DNA of 63,854 nt, counting the filler, from Aduncisulcus paluster (Eukaryota), in the NCBI GenBank assembly GCA_024181965.1. It is 15 parts of 15 records of this genome, joined end to end, with 100 filler letters (N's around TTAATTAATTAA, not from the genome) between each part and the next. Parts side by side here need not be neighbours in the genome. Positions count along the whole stretch, not along the records: positions 56,031 to 58,336 come from BQXS01000270.1; positions 58,437 to 59,571 come from BQXS01000275.1; positions 59,672 to 60,824 come from BQXS01000276.1; positions 60,925 to 62,175 come from BQXS01000277.1; positions 62,276 to 63,854 come from BQXS01000278.1; 10 more parts are not named here. One strand, given 5' to 3'. Both the position numbers and the translations under genes were made by a program. The notes beneath the pieces were generated by a model that was given only the letters and a program-made list of their open reading frames with translations, was not told the origin of the DNA and made no database searches. Below, piece by piece: positions 55,931-63,854 of the stretch (the first letter of the stretch is position 1; the number at the start of each line of letters is the position of its first letter).

Positions 55931-56695
55931 NNNNNNNNNNNNNNNNNNNNNNNNNNNNNNNNNNNNNNNNNNNNTTAATTAATTAANNNNNNNNNNNNNN
56001 NNNNNNNNNNNNNNNNNNNNNNNNNNNNNNCTTTGAAGTTATGTTCCTTCAGCCTGGTTAGCACGGCCAATACGAACATGGCAAGTTCTGGTAATGTTTT
56101 GGCAAATATGATGATGTCATCAATGTATATAGCACAGACAACACCGATTAGCCCGGTTAATACTCGAACCATAGTGGCTTGGAAGTATGGTGGTGCATTT
56201 TTCAGTCCGAATGGCATACGTTTATATTCATATTGGCCCCATGGCACAACGAAAGCAGTATATTTAATGCTTCCTGGCTCCATTGGCACTTGATGATACC
56301 CTGATTTCAAATCGATGGTGGCAAAATAGCACATACCTTCCATATCAGACAATAGATCATCAATACGAGGGAGAGGATAGCCCATTCCAACCGTATTTTT
56401 GTTTAGCTCACGATAGTCCACACACACCCTTAGCTTTTCATGGGGCTTTGGCACGACAACTATGGCGCTACAGAAAGGAGATAAGCTTTTCCGGGTAATA
56501 CCTTTTGCTTCTTCCTCCTCAACTTGTTGTCTGACTTGATCTTTCCATTGGTGCCTTATTCTTCTTGGGTGCATGGTCACGACTTGGCTCTCATCGACCA
56601 GTTCAACTCTAAATGGTGGCACGTGAGCTGGCACATTGGTTAGATCTGAGAACAGTATATCATTGACTCTCAGTATCGCAATAAATAGATTCAGA

Positions 56696-56901
56696 TGTAA
56701 CGGATATAAAAGATCCGAATATATATTAAGAATATAAAATAATATAAGGAATAGAAAAGAATTATATTATTGGAATGAAATTATAAACATACAGGCAATC
56801 AGGGGGTCAAATAACCCTGATTGGCCGAACTCTGAACCCAAACAATAAATTTGGTCCGATTTTAAAACTTTTAGAATTATAGACCCCTCTAGAGTATTTC
56901 A
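56696..56901 (+). mobile_element. 206-bp solo LTR (TG...CA) with 4-bp target-site duplication CAGA
   Basis: CAGA(56692-56695)|TGTAACGG...GTATTTCA|CAGA(56902-56905); AT-rich with AATAAA; excision restores the pol frame ...EMDYYL-NLFIAILRVNDILFSDLTNVPAHV. Confidence 0.9.
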
Positions 56902-57796
56902 CAGATAATAGTCCATTTCGTTTATTTTGGATATGGCGCAAGAGAATTTCGCTACTGCTTCCTCTGAGGGATCTTCCATCAGCTCAGATACAGCAGTCAC
57001 CACGTGGATGAAGTCTTCACCCATGGCGCTGGCAATAGCGCTTAGTTGGTCACTTTGGAGTAGACTAGCCCACTCACTTGGAGTCACTTTGCATGTTGGT
57101 CCATCCCTGGATCTCATGTACAGGACTGTGTCAGAGTGGCGCCTTTTAGTGGGATCTTCGGTCTCCCTCAAACTCTTCAGATCGTCGTCGTCAGAGTTTT
57201 CAAGACAGGGAGACCGCACACCTTTACGGCGCAACAAAGTCATCAGCACTCTTTGGATCCTGCCGGAATGGTCCTCATGGGGCTCTATAGAGCGTACGTC
57301 TAGTCCAATTCCAAAAGTTTCAATGGCACTCCTTCCTATTAGCACTGGAGTAATGTCTGGCATCCAATCAACAAGCCAGTAGCGCACAATTTTGGTGTCG
57401 TGGATCGGTTTGGCCTTCTTAATTCCCTTTAGCACAGTTGTTGGAATGTCAACATAGTGAGTGGCACTAAATGTGTTCCCATGAAACACGGTGAACCCTT
57501 TTGGCTCTGGCGCTTTGACGATCTTGGCTCGTAGTTCTGCATTATTCTTTGCTTGGTACTGGCCTCGGAAAGCTCCATGTTCCACATAGTGTTTCTCAAT
57601 CAATGAAATGTCTGATTCTGTGTCCAGGATGGCCATTGGAGTTTTTGAAGTGGAATCTGTGAGTTGGAGCTTCACTCGTATGGCGCCAATAGAGCCTTCA
57701 TCATCTTCGATGATTCTTAGGACTTGATCATGGGCTGGCCTTGGTTGTACAGGAGGTCGAGATGGTCTGTATCTTCCTGATGCTCTGGAGGATCTC

Positions 57797-57910
57797 TGGT
57801 GTCCTCCTTGTGGAGCACTGGAGCTGTGGTGTCCTCCTGTTGGCGCAGTGGAGTGATGGTATCCACCTTGTGGAGCAGTGGAATGATGATAACCACCTTG
57901 TGGAGCAGAG
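57797..57910 (-). repeat. 30-bp coding minisatellite in gag (about 4 x HSTAPQGGYH)
   Basis: Repeated ccaccttgtggagcagtgg units at 30-nt period. Confidence 0.85.
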
Positions 57911-58436
57911 TATTGGCCTCGATCCCAAGATGACTCCTGTCTTGGCCCAGAGTGTCTCTTGGATCTATATTTATCGATCCTAATTTTGTCTGGATGATCT
58001 GCTGGGTACTCTTGGGGCAAAGGTCCCATTCTTTCACGGTAGTGGTATAGAAATTCGTCAAGCTTATCATGCATGTCTCCAAAGCCCTTTCGATTCATCT
58101 CTTGGCGGTAAAAGGTCCATTCGCTTTCAGGAACAATTTTCTCTGGACCTCCTCTTATCCCTCTGCCTCCTCTCTGGGTGCACTCCCAGACTGCGTGGTT
58201 AGAATAATTACAGAACGGGCATCGAGGTGGGGAGCGTGGCTTGGGAGTTCTCTGGGCTTGGGGTGCAGTGAAATATTCATTAGGATGTCTCGGTGTTGGG
58301 CCTGATGGGGCTCTGTATGGCATAGTCGAGACTGGCNNNNNNNNNNNNNNNNNNNNNNNNNNNNNNNNNNNNNNNNNNNNTTAATTAATTAANNNNNNNN
58401 NNNNNNNNNNNNNNNNNNNNNNNNNNNNNNNNNNNN

Positions 58437-59571
58437 GATGTACAGTCCCAGCCCGGTTCCCTGTCCGACTTCCTTGGTGGAGAAGAAGGGGTCGAAGATT
58501 TGTTCCATAATTTCCGGGGACATGCCTTGTCCGGTGTCATTGACTTTGATGACTGTGTTTTCCTGATCCATAAAGGCGGTGACAGTGATTGAACCGGGGG
58601 TGCCTTCGATGGCCTGCACTGCATTGATAAGCAGGTTGATGAAAGCTTCCTGCAACTTGCGGCGGTCAGCGTGAACAATGATATGTTCAGGAATTTCCAT
58701 GGAAAGGGTTATGTTGGATGGAATCTGGCTGGATACTAGATCCATGGCTGATTTCATGATTTTTCTGATTTCTATCGGGCCCGGTGAATATTCACTCTCC
58801 CTGGAAAATTCAAGCAGTCCTTTGACAATATCCCGTGCGCGCAGGGTTTCCTGCATAATGTTGTGCATCATCCGGTCAGCCAGTTCATCCTTACCTTTCT
58901 GGCGTTCTTCAAGGATCTGGCAGGAGGTGGAAATATTGTTCAGGGGGTTATTCAACTGGTGCGCAATACCTGAAGAGAGCGTGCCGATTGATGAAAGCTT
59001 TTGGGCCTGAACCAACTGGCGGCGACGTTTGACCAGCTGTTCTACCATGGAATTCAATGCGGCAAAGACCTGCTGGATTTCATCATGTGAATTTTTAATC
59101 GGCAGGGGCTTGAATTTCCCTTCTGAGATTTTGCGGGTGGCTTCCTGTACTTCGCGGAGCGGCTTAAGAATGTTTGAACTGAAAAAGATAACTAAGGCCA
59201 TGATGACCAAGGCTATTCCGATCATGGACAGAGTCAGGTTGGAGCGCAGTTCACGGTTGATGCTGAGAATATATTTTCGTTCGAAATTGGAGATAGCTTT
59301 GGAGAGCCCTACCATTGCTTGTCCGGTTTCACGGAGATGATCGTTCAGCTCTTTGTTTTCTGTTGATGCCTTTTTCGGGGCAGCTTTAAGCTTCAGCAGC
59401 AGTTTTCGGTAATTCTCCAAATTTAGTTCAAGTTTTTTGCCGGTTTGTTTTTTTTCGAGCTTTTTGAATTCTCCCATAAGTTCCTGCAGGAGAACGTCGG
59501 CTCGTTTCAGGTAGTCAAGGCCGAGTGTGAAGAGGGCGGGGTCATGATAGAGAAGGTAGTTTTTTTCGATA
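58437..59571 (-). CDS. Bacterial NtrB-type sensor histidine kinase (TM, HAMP, HisKA, HATPase_c), both ends truncated
   Basis: EKNYLLY periplasmic motif; H-box GIAHQLNNPL; N-box NLLINA; DTGQG, FDPFFSTK and GTGLGL; higher GC than the host contigs. Confidence 0.95.
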
Positions 59572-60739
59572 NNNNNNNNNNNNNNNNNNNNNNNNNNNNN
59601 NNNNNNNNNNNNNNNTTAATTAATTAANNNNNNNNNNNNNNNNNNNNNNNNNNNNNNNNNNNNNNNNNNNNATCCGAAACATCACCAGGTAAAAAAATGA
59701 TTATTTGAATTTATTGAAATGCGGAAAAAAGTGAAAATCAACACCGATGTCACCAGAAGGTGGCGGTAATGCCAGTAACAGAGAGAAAGTGAAAGAAGAA
59801 GAAGCCATGTCCCTATCATGTCTTCCGACTTTCCTCCCACTTCTTCCTCTTCTTGGAAAAGACCTATTCCAGATATGGTGAGTCACCATATGGTGACCCT
59901 TACACCACTACATATTGGTGAGAAGGTTGTCTATTTTTAGAACCATCACCTCTCTCTCTCTTTTATTTTAATAAATGTACCAACCATAAGCTTATAGGTG
60001 TAAGATTCTGAAACTACAGAAGAAATTGATATGGTTGAAATGGTTGAGTCAACCGCGTCTCGGAATAAATTATTTCATTTTACTTGCCAATGGCAAGCTT
60101 GCCATAAAAAAATATTATTCTTCCAAGTCCCATCTTTTGTAAGATGGGTCAACATCTTTTGCATTCATAATTCATGAGGGTTGTCAAAATCCTTCTTAAG
60201 TACTACCCGGCTGCAATTCTCTTTGAGTTGCCATGAAAAAACAAGGGGAAACAAGATCATACATATGAGATTTAACACAAAGACACGATAAATTAAAAAG
60301 TAAATAGTAAGTGTTTAACACTATCAAACAGGAAGTGAAGAATATAAGATAAAGTAACCAATATAAATAAATCAAAATTAACTGGATATCAATTTAGCCA
60401 GATATTGATATAAAATCCACAATAATAACAACAGTGACTCAATGCCAATGAGTCAAGGGATAAGAGTGTTAACTTGGTACAATTTATTAAAGTAAATCGG
60501 AGCAATATAATCTATAAATAGAACATGAGAAATACATGTAAAAACGATAACAAACAATAACAAAGAGTGTTGATAATAGAGAGAGAGAGAGAAAGAGATT
60601 GTTGTCGAAAACTTTTTTAAAGCAATCAAATTTATTGAAAATAAAACAGATGGAGACTCTGATCTAAAAATAGATCATGAGAATCTAACACTTCCCCCAG
60701 ATCAGAGTCAAGACAAAGACACAATACTTCATTATACAT

Positions 60740-60817
60740 AAAAATAGAAGGAGAGGGGCTCGAACCCAGACCCTATATCCGAAAGGAGACATGTAATACC
60801 GGCTGAACCATAAGAGT
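60740..60817 (-). ncRNA. Degenerate tRNA-like / Pol III promoter element
   Basis: A box TGGTTCAGCCGGT (60810-60798), B box GGGTTCGAGCCC (60767-60756) at tRNA spacing, T5 terminator at 60744-60740; acceptor stem does not pair. Confidence 0.45.
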
Positions 60818-60924
60818 TTCTTTCNNNNNNNNNNNNNNNNNNNNNNNNNNNNNNNNNNNNNNNNNNNNTTAATTAATTAANNNNNNNNNNNNNNNNNNNN
60901 NNNNNNNNNNNNNNNNNNNNNNNN

Positions 60925-61324
60925 CTTTGTCTCCCAGAGTCTCATCCTCGGCCAGGCGCCTAAGTGTTGCCTTATACTTGGTAACGTAAGCGGCCACCTT
61001 ATCTTCGGAAACCTCACGAAGCTTGATAGTATCCAATGAGTAAAATGTGTCGAGTGTAGTCTTGTTGCCATAGTGGTTGCTTAGGTGTTCCAAGAATGCC
61101 TTCTCTTCGTCTCTAACGAGCGCTATCTCTCTGTCGCCTGGAGGGCAAAGTATTCCATCAGAAATATCCAAATAGATTGACAAAGTATCCACGCGGATCA
61201 ACGAATAAAGAGAAGCTCGACCTCCCGCCGCTCGATATGTGGCGAACTCGTTTTTGAAACGAGTGAAGTGCTTTTCACCCACAAAACGTAATAATGGCGC
61301 AGTAAACGTAACTTGTTGTTCCAT
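60925..61324 (-). CDS. Retrotransposon Gag-like protein, 3' truncated
   Basis: PLLRF...FTRFKNEFATYRAAGG...LYSLI and IKLREVSEDKVAAYVTKYK align with 1438-1981. Confidence 0.65.
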
Positions 61325-61731
61325 ATTAGCGGAATTTGATCAAATTGTGGCGTTTGAGAAACGAACCTGTTACAATTTATTAGAAAGTAGAATAAAGTCA
61401 ATGTATGTCCTAAAAATAGAACATGAGAATCTATTAAACCATATGGAAATTAGGAACAAAAATATCAAATAATATTATATACTACGTATATAACAATTGA
61501 CACCTCTATCTTGACACACTATGTCCCTACTTCTTGGAAATCCATCGTATCAGAACAGAGTATTCCTGATATTTCTACTCCATCAGGAGCCAGCTTAACT
61601 CTTATCTCTCAAGGCTCAGATTTGTCAGCCACAATGCAAACCTCTTCTGTAGCTGTTGATCTCGATGAAGAAGAGGAATTTGAAGAGCTCGAATAAATGG
61701 AAGATATTCTTCAAATTATTTTTTTAGTTAA

Positions 61732-61762
61732 TGTTACGGACATTGATCCTTATCTACAGACA
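61732..61762 (+). mobile_element. LTR-like terminus, copy of 847-877
   Basis: TGTTACGGACATTGATCCTTATCTACAGACA vs TGTTACGGACATTGATCCGTACCTGCAGACA (28/31 identical); similarity begins exactly at TG. Confidence 0.7.
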
Positions 61763-62275
61763 CTTCCATATTGTGGTCAATAATGATTTTTATCTTCATT
61801 TCCTACTAGGTGATAGTATTATACTATGATGCGGAAAAATGAAAATTTTCTTGTAAATTTTCTTCAAACCATTTTCAAAAAATATCGGTCTACCTTTACA
61901 TTTTTTTTTAGTTTTTGCTAGCAATGAGTCATTTATACACAATAGAATCCCACTCTTCGTCTTTATTTATGTCATCAAAACATTCTTCCAATTTTTGAGT
62001 GATATTACTATAATAATTGTGTTGGGCTGGGAAGGCTTCTTTGACGAAGGAAGCCAGTGAGCGCCGGGTGAGCGAGAATCGCGAGCACGAGCGCGAGCAG
62101 GGCTTTTTTTGAGGTCTTGCAAACAATAAGACCTCTTCACGTTCGTGAAAACTCATTCACTTCAATTGACTGAGTNNNNNNNNNNNNNNNNNNNNNNNNN
62201 NNNNNNNNNNNNNNNNNNNTTAATTAATTAANNNNNNNNNNNNNNNNNNNNNNNNNNNNNNNNNNNNNNNNNNNN

Positions 62276-63854
62276 CCAAGAATCCCAGAGCGGGCAATTC
62301 ATCCTCAAAATCCTCCTTCGAATATATAAAAAGAGTCGACACAACGAACACAATGAGACAAAACTCACCAAGAACCACCATGGAAATCCTCAAAGCTTGA
62401 TTATGGCACAACCAAAGCCCAGCAACAAGAGAAGTACTGGCAAAACCTACAAGCAAATCCATCCAAAGAGTCTCCCTCAAATGTTTGTACCCATAAAGCT
62501 TCCAGCCAGAAAGCATCAGAACAAGGGAAATGATGGCCAGACAGCCAGAAGCCCAACACCACACGTGCAGACTGTAACTCTCAGAGAGGACGAAATCATA
62601 GAAGATAGGAAGCACCAGCATTGGTATCCACAAAAAGGCAAAGATTGAGGTGGCAATGCCTTTGAAAAAGGCCTCTCCAAATACATCGACAAAAACCTTA
62701 TCAACGAAGAACCCTTTCACCGAAATAACCTCAAAGAAAGTAAAGAAGAGTGCCAATATGGTCGATATCAGTGACAGCTTCCAATCTGCTTTGGTAATCC
62801 AGAGTGCAATGGTTGACACAACAAAGAGTGCCTCGAGCAGAGTAAAGAGGGACATGAAGAGAGGAGATCCGATTGAGGCCAAGTCATGAGAAGTTGTTTT
62901 GCTCATGAAAACAGTTCCAACCACCATGTTTATAAACGTATCAATGCAAATCATTATTACAGTGGTTAGGATACATCTATTGCAATGGCCATACAGCCAG
63001 AAGTACAAACAAACACATAATGCAATCGCTTGCACCATCATAGAAACAAACTGAATAGTTTTTTTTCCCCGAGAGAACAACAAGAACAAACAGATAGATA
63101 GAGCAACCAAAATAGGCAACATACCAAAGATAACACATGCAACATTATCCTCCAAATATCCCCAAATGAGAAGCATAAGACCAAGTCCTTCAGCATTTAT
63201 ACATAAATATACGAAAGGGGATTTTACATCTCTATCAGCCATATTATACTCTAGACCACGCCATTCAAAAATATCGTTCATTTCAGGTTCACGCACTGGT
63301 TCAGAAAAAAACCCACCAAAATCCTCTCCGTGAACAATAATGAATAACAAAATGATCAAAATAATTGGCAAAGTAAAACACCATACATTCAGATAAAATC
63401 CTGCAAGAGAAGAACATCCACCCAGGAAGCCAGCAACAAAAGCAGCTAAACCATGCCATTTCGAACAAGCACAATGACATAAGAATATGATGCCAACAAG
63501 AATTCCAATAATTAGTCCCCAGACACACAATCGATGATACTCTTCTCCTGATTCCAGGAGAGTTAGCCCTGTTTTATACAATGTCATAAAAACTCCAGAA
63601 ATAAATGGTGGAAAGTAATAGTTCCCGTATAAAAATGCTGTTTGCTTGTAACTAAATAGGGCAATAACAAGGGAAATAACAAGAAATCCAAGTCCAACAA
63701 TGAATACATACTTAAAAGTGACATTGCCACCCGTAATAGCTGAGTTTTCCGAATCATCCTCAATATAGCCCCATATGAGAAATACAATGGTCAAGACAAT
63801 AGCATTTAACGTTAAACTAAATGTTTCAGGACATCTGAAAATGTAGTGGAGAGA
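62276..63854 (-). CDS. Multi-pass membrane protein with internal repeats, both ends truncated
   Basis: More than 12 hydrophobic segments; repeated NA...LIWGY[IL]ED and L.VW...G motifs. Confidence 0.75.

Larger units (their letters stand above)
56031..58336 (-). mobile_element. Ty3/Gypsy LTR retrotransposon gag-pol fragment (zinc knuckle, protease, RT), disrupted by a solo LTR
   Basis: CPFCNYSNHAVWEC (CX2CX4HX4C); protease AILDTESD (Gly to Glu); RT motifs RVCVDYRELN, YPLPRIDDL, DLKSGYHQ, MPFGLKNAP and YIDD; PR directly before RT, as in Gypsy elements. Confidence 0.95.

Noticed and set aside
56031-56634. RT as a retron, DGR or group II intron enzyme
   Set aside because: Motifs (CVDYRxLN, YPLPRIDD, MPFGLKNAP) and the upstream zinc knuckle and protease are Ty3/Gypsy-type.
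57797-57910. Regularly spaced repeats as a possible CRISPR array
   Set aside because: Contiguous 30-nt in-frame coding units with no unique spacers and no cas genes.

Overview
This window is not one locus. It is 15 unrelated contigs/scaffolds joined by 100-nt N spacers containing the six-frame stop linker TTAATTAATTAA. Most contigs come from an AT-rich, intron-poor microbial eukaryote. The gene content and expanded repeat-protein families resemble a free-living fornicate such as Aduncisulcus; this is my recollection, not a search result. Eukaryotic genes include RPL26 and prefoldin-6 (each with one GTATGT...AG intron), V-ATPase A, a GH25 lysozyme, an LBP/BPI protein, a kexin-like protease, a Nopp140/SRP40-like protein, a prominin-like 5-TM protein, an LRR protein and several large Ser-rich orphans. 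Three contigs are bacterial: an AT-rich iorA-iorB-xdhC-mocA operon, a PelB-like TPR gene and a sensor kinase. The richest signal is a Ty3/Gypsy-type retroelement landscape. A 206-bp solo LTR with a 4-bp TSD is nested in a gag-pol gene whose frame is restored when it is removed. Two further copies of a related LTR end and three divergent members of an unusual Gag-like family are present, and two insertions share an AGA^TAATA target. There is also a dispersed repeat with a 100%-conserved terminal hairpin, two tRNA-promoter-like (A/B box) elements, and a Cys/Val swap in the V-ATPase P-loop. Several apparent duplications and frameshifts are probably assembly artefacts.
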